Positions 52,601-63,460 of a DNA stretch of 64,000 nucleotides are shown in pieces. This stretch comes from Somniosus microcephalus. Its lineage: Eukaryota. The stretch spans positions 177,878,001 to 177,942,000 of the forward strand of contig CM126210.1 of NCBI GenBank assembly GCA_052327205.1, in the 5' to 3' direction. The position numbers were made by a program, and so were the translations under genes. The notes under the pieces were generated by a model. That model saw only the letters and a program-made list of their open reading frames with translations. It searched no databases and was not told where the DNA came from. The number at the start of each line of letters is the position of its first letter. Position 1 is the stretch's first letter.

Positions 52601-55600
52601 GGCACAGACCAGAAAAAAAATTCTGGTTCAGTCATTCCTTTGACAATGTAATATTTTTTTCTCTCTTCCTAGGGTACTTTAGCACAGGCTGTAAAGAAAG
52701 GAGAGTGGATCTTGTTGGATGAGATCAACTTGGCCTCAGCAGAGACGCTGGAATGTCTGAGTGGACTATTGGAAGGGAATACAAGCTCGCTCGTGCTGCT
52801 CGACCGAGGCGATATTGGTACAAGAGCTTATTGCCTTATATCCAACATTATCTCTAAAGTAACTTATTTCATGTGTTCTACAAAATTAAGGCTTCCAGGT
52901 TGGTTTTCCACTTCTGGTGCCTTTGTTCCTTTCTGTTTGATGGTCAAAACACTGCTGCTGCCACCAACACGTCCCACAGGCAAGCCGAGGAAGATGTGGT
53001 CACTGGCAGCAGCGAATCATCTGGGGAGAAATAGTAGCTGCTTTTTTTTTACTTTTTATTTTCTCATGCCATATCTAGACCGGGAGGTGATCTCCTTCCA
53101 GGTCTCTGCCAGTGCTACTTTAACTTGTGGGGAAGGTGTGCAGCAAGGTGGTGAGCGGCTTTTTAAACTGTCTGACCCTCCTTTCTCGCAGGGAGCACCT
53201 GAATCTACTTTGCATCTCCCTGAAAACGTGCTTGAGATAGTAAGCAGGATTGCGTGGAGTTTTCTAGGTCGAAACACACATCTTGCCCCTTATCCATGAC
53301 TTGTTTCCGAAGTTTATTATATATAGCATGTTTACGGCAGATAGTTGGTAGAAACTCTTGGTTAGAGATTTGGGAAGTGGAGTAATTTGTGTTTGGGGTA
53401 GCCACTTGATGATAATTATGGAAGCAAAACGCTCTTACTCTGCATGTAATTGTTCATTATTTTTGCCATGCACATAACTAACTTGGTTTATCCTGTTTAG
53501 AGCCCATACACCGGGACCCAGAGTTTCGCTTGTTTGCCTGCATGAATCCAGCAACAGATGTGGGAAAGAAAAACTTGCCACCTGGCATAAGAAACCGGTA
53601 ACTAAAATGTCTTCTGTCTCTCTTCCCCACCCTTGCCACCCCTCAAAGAAGGGCCTACAAATTTTAGCTCTACACAGTGGTTTGCAATTTATTTCTGTTG
53701 CTTAGCAGGAAATTGCAATTTGAGCAGTACACACTTAACGGGCAGGCATTGAGAGACCCAAATAACTTGCACGGTAAAATATGTAAGAGGCACTCTGAAA
53801 CCATGGACACTCGCAAACTACAGGCAGTTTTCAATGCACCAAGTCCTTTTACAACTTAAAACACTGGGCACAGCCTGCTGCAAAGCTGCTGTATCTGGCA
53901 CTTTCCCGGAGTTGGGATCACTGGTGTTTGCTTCCTTTTCTGGCGCCTGATTCTGGTGAGGTCATTGCATACCAGGCAGGGCAAGGCACCAGCGGGTTTT
54001 GTGAAAGAAATGGCTTTTGTGGAATGGAGAGCTATTTACCCAGCATGCACAGTGGCAGAAAAACCACCCTATCTTGGGACTGTACACTTGCACAGCTCTG
54101 TCCCAGGGACAGATGGTTTCTCTCCAGCACATTGGACGCACTCTTTGCTTTTCTTCAATTGGTGCCATGGGATCTTTCATGCCCACCGTAGTATGGCAAA
54201 TGGCCCCATTAAAAGAAGGCACCTTTTGTAATGCAGCACTCCCTCACCATTGCACTGAAGTGTCAGCCTAGAAATATATGCTTAAGTGAATCTTGAACCC
54301 ACAACCTCTATATTCTAATGAGCTTTTGTGTGCAAACCAGTGCCGCCAACTAAGCCCAGATGACACTTAGACAACGGTTCCTTTTTGTATTTGGATCTAG
54401 TACTGCTTGTTCCTTTAACCAAATTATCTCACTTGCTTCCTCCTTGCCTGATTATGAAGCTTCATGTCTGTATTTGAGTCACATTTAACTAGGCCTTGTC
54501 CACAAAGCATTGTGTTTATAACATAAATTCAAATTAATTAGCCTTATTTGATCCATTCATTTAAAATATGTGAATCATGTTTCTTTTCAGTCTCTCTTTT
54601 TTCACTTCCAATAAAAATACATGCCTACCAACCTAGAAAGCTAGCTAAAGCCGACCAGTATCAAAAAACCGGACTCCTCAGAAATGGCCCTCGTTATAAG
54701 CATATGACGAGTAGTAACATGGGCTTTGTACATTCTTTCTCTTGTACTAAGTTTTTTTCTCCAATGCACGAAAGCTTGAAGGAGGAAATCCAAATGTTGA
54801 AGGCAGTGGAAAATTTTCAACCAAAAATGATGGATTCTGGTTAATAAACTTAACATATTTAATCTCCAAGAAACAAAGTGACGCTTGGATTTTGAACAGA
54901 ACAACCAGAAGTTATTAAACAGTCACTTTCGCAGTTCCAGCCCCCACCCCAGTATATACACCTCACTCCTATATTTGTGCAACGAATTAAAAAAAAAATA
55001 TAGTTCTGCACTCATTTCTTTGGGTGAAGGTTTAAAGGCACCTGCTTCACACGTCCTGTACGTGTACACGCTTTTCTGAATTCTGCATGTTCGAGTTCTG
55101 AATGGAAAGGACTCGATCTGAAATTTGTCCACAGTTCATTTCTGATGACTAATGTGAACAATTTGTCTGCCATTTCCCAATTCTCCAATTAATATTAATC
55201 ATTTAAAAGATTTATATAGTCTTCAACACTCTGTTTAATAGTTGCATTAAATTTATTTGGACCCATCTTCTTGTCTGTAGGCTGCTCTCATGTTATCAGT
55301 TTCTCTTCTGACCCTCATTTTAGTTCTCCAACTTATTGAGTAAAAAAAAAAATGAAGTCTTCGTTGTGCTGATCTTTTTACTGGTTTCTGTTGGCAGGTT
55401 TACAGAACTGTACGTAGAGGAACTAGAAGTTGAAGGAGATCTCCGAATCCTCATCTCTGATTATCTAAAGGGATTAAACGTCGGCAAGAAAACAATTCAA
55501 GGGATCATTGAGTAAGAATAGCTCTGTGATTCTGGCTTCTAGATTTTGAAATACCTGAAAGAAAAGACAGTGGGTGCAGCAAATGTTCGCAGTGAAGATA

Positions 55601-58600
55601 ATTTTAAACTCTTCTATTGCTAAAAGTAGACATTAGCTTTATGCTGGGGGGCGGGGGGGTGGTGGGGTGGTGGGGGGGTGGTGTCGGTAGTTTGACTACA
55701 TTGCATGGATCAGATTTTATTACAGCCATCACTTCATGTTGGGTACAATAAATTGAGGTGTTAAAGTCGCACTCTACATTTACTGCTGAACCGTGGTTCA
55801 TTTGCCATAGCCTTTGGATTCCCTGCTTGGCCCTTGGGTTTGAATGTGTAACGGATTTCGATGCTTTTATATAAAACTTGTAACAAAACTATACAACCCT
55901 TTATCTTCTCGTGAAGCTAAGTGGCGGTTTATTTTATCCACTTTTTTTTGTGTTGTCACGCCATTTGCGATCCTGATATGATTGCTATCTACTTCATTAT
56001 ATTCAGTTATCCTAATCAAGTGGCCAAAGATATTGCAGGACCTTCAGTGTGCCCTCTCTCTCCTCTCAGTTCCCGTAGCCATCGGCCTGTTCTTCCATTC
56101 TGGTCTCCCACACTTGGTCATCTTTTTGCAGCTGAGCCCCATTCCATCACTTTCCAGAGGGACTGATCTACTGCTGTACAATACTCATGCCATTTTCATT
56201 ATAATCTTCTCGCGATTCTGTTGCTGCACTGGTTGCTATCCTCATTTTTAGTGTTGATTAACTCTCTTCTCCAAGTTTCTTCCGAAGCCAGCCTGGCTCG
56301 ATTGTGTTCCTGAAGCTTCTGCTGCTGCTTCAAGGTTCAGCCCGTGGCACTGTTGAGTCCTCTGGCGAACTGGACCATGGGCCTGTTGCTACAGTGCAAT
56401 GTTGTGATTGTTAAACGGACACTGAGACTCGGCTATCCATGATGAGGGTACCTTGCTGACGGCTTGCTTACTGTGCTGTTGACAGTGCTGGCCAGCATCG
56501 ACAACAACATAGTAAGCAAATGGTCAAAGAGGTTACCGACAAAAAAAGGGATTCCAAAGACACTGCATGGACAACCAGTACACCCACATGGGTGTTAGTC
56601 CCAAGCCTGGATTTATAAGAAGTCCCGCAGGCAACTGGACAGGTCTATCATTACTATATAGAGAATTGACTGGATACTGGACTTTAACTCTCTCTTCTCT
56701 TCGCACTCTTACCTGGCTCTCTTCCTCGGGAGCAGTTGTCAGAGTTTGTTAAAATGCTTCCAACTGGAGCACTGAGCCACTTCATCTTTTATTCTTGCAT
56801 TTCCCTTGGTGTAAAATGATGTGTCATTTGAAGGCTGAATGCCCAAGGGTGGAGATTGTTCCCCTCTAGAATTTGTGGTTTAGTCAATGCAGTCTCTTCC
56901 ACTACAGGTTGTATCTGAGAGGACATGTTACTATAAATACTTGGAGTCCATCTCCATGATGCGGCTTTGCTATCCCAACAGCATATTGCAGGGACCAATC
57001 GGGGATAGTCGTTCTTTATTGTGTATTTGATAGTATCTGTATTCGCATCTTCCTCTGAAAACCTGTCTTTCTTTGTTAGGTTTTACTTGTCTGTGCGTAA
57101 GGAGGCAGACGTCAAGTTAATGGATGGTACAGGCCACAGGCCCCACTACAGCCTTCGGACTCTGTGTCGCGCTCTTAGGTTTGCAGCATTGAACTCGTGC
57201 AACAGCGTTCAGCGCTCGCTGTATGAGGTAAATGATGAATGTCACCTCCGTTAATCTTAACGTTGTCAAATTTAGTTACAGTAAATGTTACCCGCACATA
57301 ACTAAGAATATGTTAGGTAAGTGTCATGAAGTATGTCGTGTCTTATTTGGCGCCCAAAACACACACTCCTCATTCAAAGGTGTTTCTTCCCCTCATGGAA
57401 ACGCTGTTTATAGTTAGCAGGGGAGCTTGAACCTTACTGCAAATATATTGTTCCTACGTTTAAAGGTTTAAAAGCTGAAATTCAGTGCTGGGGAGAGTAC
57501 AGTAAATCCTATGCAATTTGCACTTGTTTCTTTACCCTCCTCACTCCCATCCCCACTTTTTATTTGTTTAAAATTCCTAATTCTCTACAGAATCAGGAAC
57601 TCGAGTTGCATGTCTAAAGTAATTTTCAAATTTTACAGGGTTTCTGTATGAGTTTCCTAACTCAACTGGATCGCATATCTCACCCGGTCGTTGAGAAACT
57701 GATCTGTCGTCATATTGTTGGCACCAATGCCAAGGCTGTTCTCCAGCAGGTATTGCCGTCTATTTTTTGCCAGTGAATGTTGTGTGTTCTGAAGTACTAA
57801 CGATCATCCATTTCTAAACCAATCTGGGATTAAGGCTTATTTCATAGTAATTAGTTGCAGAAATAGCATCATGTAATGGAAGTGTACTGTTTCCAAAAAT
57901 GATATAAAATGAGCAGTCTGGAATCTTTCCAATTTAATAACTTGGTGATTAAGACAGAACTTTAAAATAAGCTAAATTTGAGCTCCGGTTAATATTTTTT
58001 TAATGAATGCTTGATGTGCGTGCCGCTGGCATTATTGCCCATTCCCTAGTTGCCCTGCGAAGGCGGTGTAGCAGTTTGATATAACTGAGTCTTGCTCAGC
58101 CACTTGAGGCCAGTTAGGTCACCCATGTTGGCGTGGGTCTGGTGTCACAACCACTAACTACCATATCCCTGTAATCGAGTGGAAGCTTCAGGATATCAAC
58201 ACATTACAATCTACATTTTGAGTCGTGACTGGATAAGTACTCTCCCAGCACACTGAAGAAATGAGCATTGTACTGTTGCAGTATTTCAGATTTTTAGTGC
58301 GCAGTTGCGTTTGGGTAAAATGGTGCCATCAACTCCCAATTTCTGAATAAGGAGAAATACTGGTTTTGAAAATGGGGAAACAGTAATTCCTTTTTTTTTC
58401 TTTTAATATTTCAGCCCATCCCAGAACCAAAAGGAGGCCAGTCAGTACAGATTGAAGGCTACTGGATTGCAACAGGAGATAAGGAACCTGGTGTTGACAA
58501 GTTTTATATTCTCACACCCTCTGTCAAACTCAACCTAAGGGATCTAGTGCGAGTAGTTGCTGCTGGGTAGGAATCATTTTTCAGTCTACTAAATGAATTG

Positions 58601-61600
58601 AGGATCTTCAGTTTGAATAAGTTGCTGCACACACGCCAACCACCGGTATTCTGGTGACTGAGGGGATCTGTACTCGCCAACCTAGAATAACACTCTGGGA
58701 CCTTCATTGTAAGCCTGAGCCACTGGATCAGGCAGGTGGGGTCCTGGCTTAACACTTTGAAAGTGCAGCACTACCTCGGCACCAAAGAGTATGTGCTCAA
58801 GTGCTGGGGTGGGGCTTGAACCCACAACCTTCTGATTCATTGGTGTGAGTCCTACCGACTGTGCCAATTTGACACACCAAGTCCAAGTGTTGAAAGGATG
58901 CCTATTTCCTCCCGAGTATGAAAAACAAGGGGTTTTTGTATTCTTGTTAACAGACAAATTGTTCACATAAAAATAAAAAATAAAATGATACAAGACCAGT
59001 TTCTAATTCCTATTGCCGTCCCAAATTTGTGGCTCTCTTCCTCCTCCATGACCTGTTCTTCCACATGACACTTGCCACCTCTGCAACCTTGAAACACTAA
59101 CAGATATTCAACATTTTACCATTTTCTTTGGAAACATGCTGGGCACTTATTTTGTGTTCAACCAACTGTAGCTCACACTGATTGCCATTTTAATTTTATT
59201 TTTTGTTAATTGCTCAAGAATAGCCAAATGTCACAACTTTACCAATGTGTTTATTTACAATACAACCTCTGGTGTGTCACTTAAAGGATTCATCCAGTGC
59301 TTATTCAAGGAGAGACATCAGTTGGTAAAACCAGTCTGATCAGCTGGTTGGCATCTGCTACTGGAAACCACTGCGTGCGGATCAATAATCACGAACACAC
59401 AGACATTCAAGAATATATTGGCTGCTACGCGTCCGATGAAACGGGAAAACTGGCATTTAAGGAAGGTTTGTACAGTGCTTTTTTTTTTAGATAAAAATAT
59501 AATCTAGTTCACAATCTTTCCATTGCTGAGCTTGACTAATACTTTCTGAATTTTGCATGCAAATATTATAATGTGGTCTACATGCACATTACTGGTGTTT
59601 GCAGTCTGGATACTTTCACTGCACAGACAAAACTTGGTTAATTACTGTGGCCAATTAACCCCCCCCCCCCCCCCAAAAAAAAATCTCTCTGAAGGGTGCA
59701 TCTGACTCCATGGACTCTGGCAGCCCTCTTGACCCGCTGTATGACCATGAGGGGTACAGAATAGCTGCTCAATTGGATAGCAATCCGGAATGGGAGTCCT
59801 GACTTTGTCTTTATCTTCGCCCCTCCCTGGCTTCCCTTCCGATTACATAACAAACCTGGAACCATTCCGTTCTGTATAGCTTGAAAATTAATATATTGTT
59901 GGAGGTCAGAATGTTGGGTTTAGCTTGAATCAAGGGAGGTTTTCAATACAGTTTAAATAGACACCTATTTAATAATTACAAAAGTGTCTTTCATTAGCTT
60001 TTTACTGTCTCTAATTTGTCTCTCCCCCTTTCTCTGTCCTTTTTTTCTCTCCAGTGCTCCTCTCGTGCTTTCTACTTCAGTGTACTGCAGTTTTAGATGT
60101 TGAATTTGGCAACCCAGTATAATGCCCAGACAGTGCATGATTGTGCTACTACCTGGGCCAATGCTCCAGCAATTGATGGTTTTCAATGAGATTAAATCCT
60201 TTTTAACTGTTCAGTAGCTGTGTTTAGACTTGAAAATCACAATCCATTTTTTTTTCCTGATGCACTGTAGTCTTTTTTGCTTTGATGTCTGTTACAGTAT
60301 TGTTCCTTACTTGAGCCCCTTTCCCTGATATTGGGGGTGATTTTGGTGTTTCCATTGCTCCATATTTTGGCAAGAATTGGGCAGTAGTGAGACCAAAATT
60401 GCTACAAATGACTCGCCAACTTTTTCTCACCCGAGGACTGCTGCTATTTTAGAGCAGGCCTCAAAGTAGGCTTTCTGCCAGAAACAAGCAAGAGCCTCGT
60501 TGCTGTTTGCTAATCGGGGTCCTGTGATGTAGATCGGATCCCGATGCCATTTTTGAACTAAAAAGCACGGTGCCTGTGCTGCACAATCCTTGCCCACTGG
60601 TTCCAAAGCAGCCAAACTAGCGTCCCACAAAAGGATCGGTGGAAATCACTCGGAAATTGGCGCAAACGGTTCGGGTCTCTAATGAGCTAGGTCGGGCGGG
60701 TGAATGGCCTCCTTCTGTGCGTACTATTTTATGTACACTCTACACTGTTCTGTGGGAGAGGAAAGGAGGAGAATGACGACCTATGTTTGTGGAACTCCTG
60801 CCCGGTTCCTTGGAGATGTGTGGGAACCAACTAGATCAATTTCTCTCTGCATTCCACTTCGTTGTTGCTTTCCTGGGAGCTGACTGTGTGGTGATTCTTC
60901 AAGAGCCTATATTCTACTGTTCCATGTACACAGTGTTGTACATGTCTCATTACTGTATCATCTGGAACATTGGCCTGGAATTTGCAGTGGGTAATGACGG
61001 CAAACTATCAGCGTTCACTGTCATTGCTGCTCTGAAACTGACCGCAACGTCAGGATTTAGCGAATGTGCATCTAAACGCAAAATCCTGAAGTTGTGGTCA
61101 GTCATTGACTGCTCTGACACTGGCTGCACTGTGGAACCCCCTCCCCCTTCCCGGCCATAGCCAGCAATCGGTGTAATCAGTGAAACTGACAAACTTGGGC
61201 TTTTCTGCAGTAATATCGCTGTTAAAATACTCCATTAAATGTTAATCCTTGTTGGAATACGTGTAACTGGGGTTTTAACAGTGTATTGACTGATTAAAAA
61301 TTAGTTTTTCAGGGCCCGAATGTTTGTTTATTAGTGGGGTGTCAAATTTCTCCATTATGATAAAAATTTATTCATGATACTTCAGCTTCTATCTTATCCC
61401 CATGTGAGAGTCCCAATCTTTATTTTGCTCTAACAGTTTTTTTTTTAAAGTCGGGATAAAAGCAGCTTCTCGTTTCCTGCCTGGCATTTCTGCAATGTGA
61501 TTGGCTGCTTAGACAGCTTGTTGATGTCATTAGCAGCATCACACTAGGAATTCCCATTACAGAGCCCTGAAATCAACTGAACGTCGAAAAAGGCAAACTT

Positions 61601-63243
61601 CTCGCCACAGAAATCTCTGTGGGCAGTTTTCTTCAGGGCCATGTTTTACAGGGAACGGTTTTTGTTGGAGTAAATATGAGTAGTTAGCAACACTGTTGCC
61701 AAACTGAAATTTTCTATTTGTGACCAAAGTGCTGATGTGCCTTTTTTTTTCATTATTAAATAGGTGTGCTTATTAATGCTATGCGAAAGGGCCACTGGAT
61801 TATCTTGGATGAGTTGAATTTGGCCCCTACTGATGTTTTGGAAGCGCTTAATCGACTGCTTGATGACAATCGAGAGCTTTTCATAACTGAGACCCAGGAA
61901 GTAGTAAAAGCACACCGAAGATTCATGCTTTTTGCAACCCAGAACCCTCCTGGACTATATGGAGGCAGAAAGGTCTGTGCTTATCTGATTTGGTTTTCTT
62001 ATTTGCCAGGTGTGGGTGGCATGGGTTGGGAATGTCCCAGATGGACAATGTGAATGCTTGTTTTAATTGGAGCTTTGTACATACATATGAATTGTTCCTG
62101 AACTTGCCGTGCATTAGTATATTGCCATTGTAACTGAAGGCAGGATTGTGAAAAGGCATGGCTAAAATAACTGTCTGGAACCTACTTAACTCTTGAAGGA
62201 GTTTATTTTTGTGAAACTAAATAAAGTAACCCAATCATTCGATGGTATTTATCTGATTTTGATAGATGTTTGGGAAGCTGGCATAAAAATGTCACCACCC
62301 CCACCCCACCCCACCTTCTCTGGGCCCCCCCCCCCCCCCTCCCAAAAAGTTAATTCAGTTGTATTCTTCAAGCTGTGGGAAGCAGGATGTCATTGACTCT
62401 GACATCGTATCGTGATTCCTTCAGTTTTTTTTCTAGTTTTTAAAAAAAATATTGCATGTCTACAGATTTGTTCATGACTACAAAAATGTCGGCTGTGCAT
62501 TATAATGAGTAAGGAAACGTTGGGTAATACAAGATCGTGTCCTCCACCAGTCCTGCAGTAGTTGGGTCTGCACTCGTGTCTGGACTCCTAGAGTAGTGTA
62601 GGATTTATTTTATTTATATTTTTTAATTACCTTTTGTTCTAACTCTGACTTTAAATCCTATTTCTAGGTGTTGTCGAGAGCATTCAGGAACCGTTTTGTG
62701 GAGCTGCATTTTGATGAGCTTCCAAGTGCTGAATTAGAAATGATCCTTCACAAGAGGTGCTGCTTGCCCCCATCTTACTGTAAGAGGCTGGTTAAAGTTA
62801 TGCTGGATCTGCAGGTATTTCAGACAGTAATATTTATTTTTAAATCTGTTGATTTCTTGAAAGGGTTTTTCTGTAAGTTCATAATGAGAAATGTTGAGCA
62901 TTAAAGAATAATCCTCTGAAATAAAAAATGTTCAACAATTATTTTAAAAGTCTATTAATGAAGCAATTTTACCCGTGTCATTGGAATGCTAATGACCTCC
63001 TGAAGCCTGAAGTAAATAATGCAGCTTTCAGCCTGAACCAAACTGAAGGCTGCGAGTTTATTTATTTTTTATGGTATTCTAACAAATGTTTCTTAAAACA
63101 GTCATATCGTAGAGGGTCGAGTGTTTTTGCTGGAAAACATGGCTTCATTACCCTGCGAGAACTGTTTAGATGGGCTGAACGCTACAGGTTGGCTGATCAA
63201 ACTGTGCAAAGTTACGACTGGATTAAGCATATAGCCACTGACG
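16529..63243 (+). CDS. MDN1: Midasin (AAA+ ATPase, 60S ribosome biogenesis), 5' part of gene: 27 coding exons, 3868 nt, continues beyond window
   Basis: All exons are GT-AG and in phase. N-terminus [32 protein letters not shown] resembles vertebrate MDN1. Three Walker A motifs ([24 protein letters not shown]) and Walker B motifs (LLLEDID, ILLDEIN, IILDELN). Confidence 0.97.
17640..18130 (+). mobile_element. Degenerate CR1 LINE 3' fragment
   Basis: Decayed CR1 RT C-terminal codons (ctatataaaacctta..., gcagattcactagg, gtggtagttgaggcaga). Confidence 0.55.
18150..18240 (+). mobile_element. Short PLE 3'-end fragment starting inside the hammerhead motif
   Basis: gaagggtcccagacctgaaacgttaactctgtttctctctcc...ccagcatgttctgttgtt matches 14503-14582; CTGAT of the core is missing. 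Confidence 0.8.
18406..19456. mobile_element. Non-autonomous Harbinger-type element with a nested SINE
   Basis: TIRs GGCCTGGATTTTTCG / CGCAAAATCCAGGCC, flanks ATT/ACT; homologous copy at 60972-61640. Confidence 0.8.
18895..19241 (-). mobile_element. tRNA-derived V-SINE (HE1-like)
   Basis: Minus-strand head GGCAGCACGGTGGCATAGTGGTTAGCACTG...GGTTCGAATCC (A/B boxes); V-domain-like tgtgtggagtttgcacattctcccc; candidate TSD CGGTTT at 18889-18894 and 19242-19247. Confidence 0.85.
19529..19752 (+). CDS. MDN1: MDN1 coding exon 2
   Basis: ttcag|[42 protein letters not shown]...[15 protein letters not shown]...|gtaagt. Confidence 0.95.
20250..20672 (+). mobile_element. L2 LINE 3' fragment
   Basis: ...[24 protein letters not shown]; tail ggtgctatataattacaagttgttgttg. 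Confidence 0.8.
20805..21045 (-). mobile_element. Non-LTR retrotransposon 3' end (CR1/L2 group)
   Basis: ggccagcatttattgcc...cttgagaaggtggtggtgagctgcc; shorter copies at ~12740-12800 and ~58025-58070. Confidence 0.55.
21166..21390 (+). CDS. MDN1: MDN1 coding exon 3
   Basis: [39 protein letters not shown]...RSHDTLVRW; donor gtatgt. Confidence 0.95.
22815..22922 (+). CDS. MDN1: MDN1 coding exon 4
   Basis: tttcag|[35 protein letters not shown]|gtaagt. Confidence 0.93.
24551..24743 (+). CDS. MDN1: MDN1 coding exon 5
   Basis: cacag|[20 protein letters not shown]...[16 protein letters not shown]; weak donor gttgaa but phase fits exon 6. Confidence 0.88.
26168..26240. repeat. Short imperfect tandem repeat (tctaatcctatcttg)n
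   Basis: Several imperfect ~15-bp units visible directly. Confidence 0.6.
26822..27584 (-). mobile_element. tRNA-derived Deu-SINE (SacSINE1-like) with L2-like tail, interrupted at 27171-27469
   Basis: Head GGTGTCAGCCGTGGCTCAGTTGGTAGCAC...GGTTCAAATCCC; Deu-like core gagggagtgctgcactgtcagaggtgccgtc; tail aaaggcactatataaatacaagtc. Other fragments at ~24005-24105, 45462-45630, 54100-54370 and 58750-58880. Confidence 0.85.
27171..27469 (+). mobile_element. Ingi/Vingi-like LINE 3' fragment
   Basis: Encodes [51 protein letters not shown] (C-terminal zinc knuckle); ends ccatacgaaagaag. Confidence 0.65.
28903..29112 (+). CDS. MDN1: MDN1 coding exon 6 (AAA1 Walker A)
   Basis: ...[26 protein letters not shown]...[10 protein letters not shown]|gtacga. 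Confidence 0.95.
29686..29817 (+). CDS. MDN1: MDN1 coding exon 7 (AAA1 Walker B)
   Basis: [44 protein letters not shown]|gtatgt. Confidence 0.95.
30486..30589 (+). CDS. MDN1: MDN1 coding exon 8
   Basis: ttgcag|[34 protein letters not shown]|gtcaga. Confidence 0.94.
30691..30842. mobile_element. Small palindromic MITE
   Basis: ~55-bp imperfect inverted arms including perfect AAACTGGCATTGCA / TGCAATGCCAGTTT. Confidence 0.7.
31555..31669 (+). CDS. MDN1: MDN1 coding exon 9
   Basis: [38 protein letters not shown]|gtgagt. Confidence 0.94.
31940..32880 (-). mobile_element. Degenerate CR1 LINE
   Basis: Tail cagcacagaaggagaccattc and decayed CR1 RT sequence similar to 7815-8900. Confidence 0.55.
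32897..35979 (-). mobile_element. RTE-clade LINE with inverted 5' segment (RT on - strand 32897-34969; endonuclease on + strand 34970-35979)
   Basis: RT: [36 protein letters not shown] endonuclease: [38 protein letters not shown] at 32886-32896 and 35980-35990. Confidence 0.92.
36577..36776 (+). CDS. MDN1: MDN1 coding exon 10
   Basis: ttacag|[25 protein letters not shown]...LEGRGLSLR. Confidence 0.92.
37777..37858 (+). CDS. MDN1: MDN1 coding exon 11
   Basis: [27 protein letters not shown]|gtaagg. Confidence 0.93.
37945..38400 (+). mobile_element. L2 LINE 3' fragment
   Basis: Same family as 20250-20672; tail aaaggtgctatataaatgcaagttgttg. Confidence 0.8.
38529..38624 (+). CDS. MDN1: MDN1 coding exon 12
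   Basis: ttccag|[32 protein letters not shown]|gtactg. Confidence 0.93.
39700..40010 (-). mobile_element. L2 LINE internal fragment
   Basis: Reverse complement matches 41520-41790 (cagactcgactattc, caccaagtcccgttcac). Confidence 0.6.
40654..40766 (+). CDS. MDN1: MDN1 coding exon 13
   Basis: ttgcag|[37 protein letters not shown]|gtaagt. Confidence 0.92.
41430..42222 (+). mobile_element. L2 LINE 3' fragment
   Basis: ctagactcgaatattccaacgc, atccaaaactctgctgcc, ctctggaattccctccc, tail ggtgctatataaatacaagttgttg. Confidence 0.8.
43301..43449 (+). CDS. MDN1: MDN1 coding exon 14 (AAA2 Walker A)
   Basis: [49 protein letters not shown]. Confidence 0.95.
44816..44876 (+). CDS. MDN1: MDN1 coding exon 15
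   Basis: tttcag|[19 protein letters not shown]|gtaagt. Confidence 0.94.
46329..46540 (+). CDS. MDN1: MDN1 coding exon 16
   Basis: [40 protein letters not shown]...KDN|gtgaga. Confidence 0.92.
46982..47635. mobile_element. Probable degenerate Harbinger-type non-autonomous element
   Basis: Left end gacccggattttgc resembles the other GGCC(T/C)GGATTTT termini; right end not resolved. Confidence 0.35.
47855..47958 (+). CDS. MDN1: MDN1 coding exon 17
   Basis: [34 protein letters not shown]|gtgagg; tandem TAGAAG acceptor. Confidence 0.92.
48791..48832 (-). ncRNA. Diverged hammerhead motif (PLE-associated)
   Basis: Reverse complement reads ccagttCTGACGAagtgtcatcgacctGAAACattaactctg; stems II and III altered. 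Confidence 0.5.
50131..50172 (+). ncRNA. Degenerate hammerhead motif (PLE-associated)
   Basis: ccagttCTGACGAagggtcacagacctGGAACattaactctg; GAAA core mutated to GGAA. Confidence 0.45.
50285..52508 (+). mobile_element. Penelope-like element with inverted RT segment (- strand 50285-51620) and sense GIY-YIG/3'UTR (51630-52508)
   Basis: [31 protein letters not shown] and [10 protein letters not shown] on the minus strand; [30 protein letters not shown] on the plus strand; frameshifted. Confidence 0.9.
52401..52442 (+). ncRNA. Minimal hammerhead ribozyme motif (PLE-associated)
   Basis: Identical to 14492-14533. Confidence 0.7.
52673..52817 (+). CDS. MDN1: MDN1 coding exon 18 (AAA2 Walker B)
   Basis: [48 protein letters not shown]. 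Confidence 0.95.
53501..53597 (+). CDS. MDN1: MDN1 coding exon 19
   Basis: [32 protein letters not shown]|gtaact. Confidence 0.95.
55398..55511 (+). CDS. MDN1: MDN1 coding exon 20
   Basis: [37 protein letters not shown]|gtaaga. Confidence 0.94.
57080..57227 (+). CDS. MDN1: MDN1 coding exon 21
   Basis: [49 protein letters not shown]|gtaaat. Confidence 0.95.
57639..57749 (+). CDS. MDN1: MDN1 coding exon 22
   Basis: [37 protein letters not shown]|gtattg. Confidence 0.94.
58415..58566 (+). CDS. MDN1: MDN1 coding exon 23
   Basis: [50 protein letters not shown]|gtagga. Confidence 0.94.
59287..59465 (+). CDS. MDN1: MDN1 coding exon 24 (AAA3 Walker A)
   Basis: [47 protein letters not shown]...FKE. 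Confidence 0.95.
60972..61640. mobile_element. Non-autonomous Harbinger-type element, homolog of 18406-19456 without the SINE
   Basis: att-GGCCTGGAATTTGC...gtaatgacggcaaact; shared internal blocks taatatcgctgttaaa and gatacttcagcttcta. Confidence 0.7.
61764..61972 (+). CDS. MDN1: MDN1 coding exon 25 (AAA3 Walker B)
   Basis: [39 protein letters not shown]...[14 protein letters not shown]. Confidence 0.96.
62668..62814 (+). CDS. MDN1: MDN1 coding exon 26
   Basis: [49 protein letters not shown]|gtattt. Confidence 0.95.
63102..63243 (+). CDS. MDN1: MDN1 coding exon 27
   Basis: [47 protein letters not shown]|gtgaga. Confidence 0.95.
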
Positions 63244-63324
63244 GTGAGATTCTTTACTTACATTTTTATTTTTATTTAACCTTTTTTCCTCTTGTGGTCT
63301 TGCAGTGCTATGTAGCTTCCTTGT

Positions 63325-63460
63325 CATAAGAATATAAGAAATAGGAGCAGGAGTAGGCCATTTGGCCCTTCGAGCCTGTTCCGCCATTCAGTAAGATCAT
63401 GGCTGATCTTCTACCTCATCTCCACTTCCCTGCACTATCACCATATCCCTTGATTCCCTT
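63325..63460 (-). mobile_element. CR1 3' tail fragment
   Basis: cataagaatataagaaataggagcaggagtaggccatt...gatcatggctgatct; another tail begins ~63940. Confidence 0.75.

Noticed and set aside
56439-56462. ATGATGA...CTGA resembling snoRNA C/D boxes
   Set aside because: Boxes are only ~10 nt apart, with no guide region; too short for a snoRNA.
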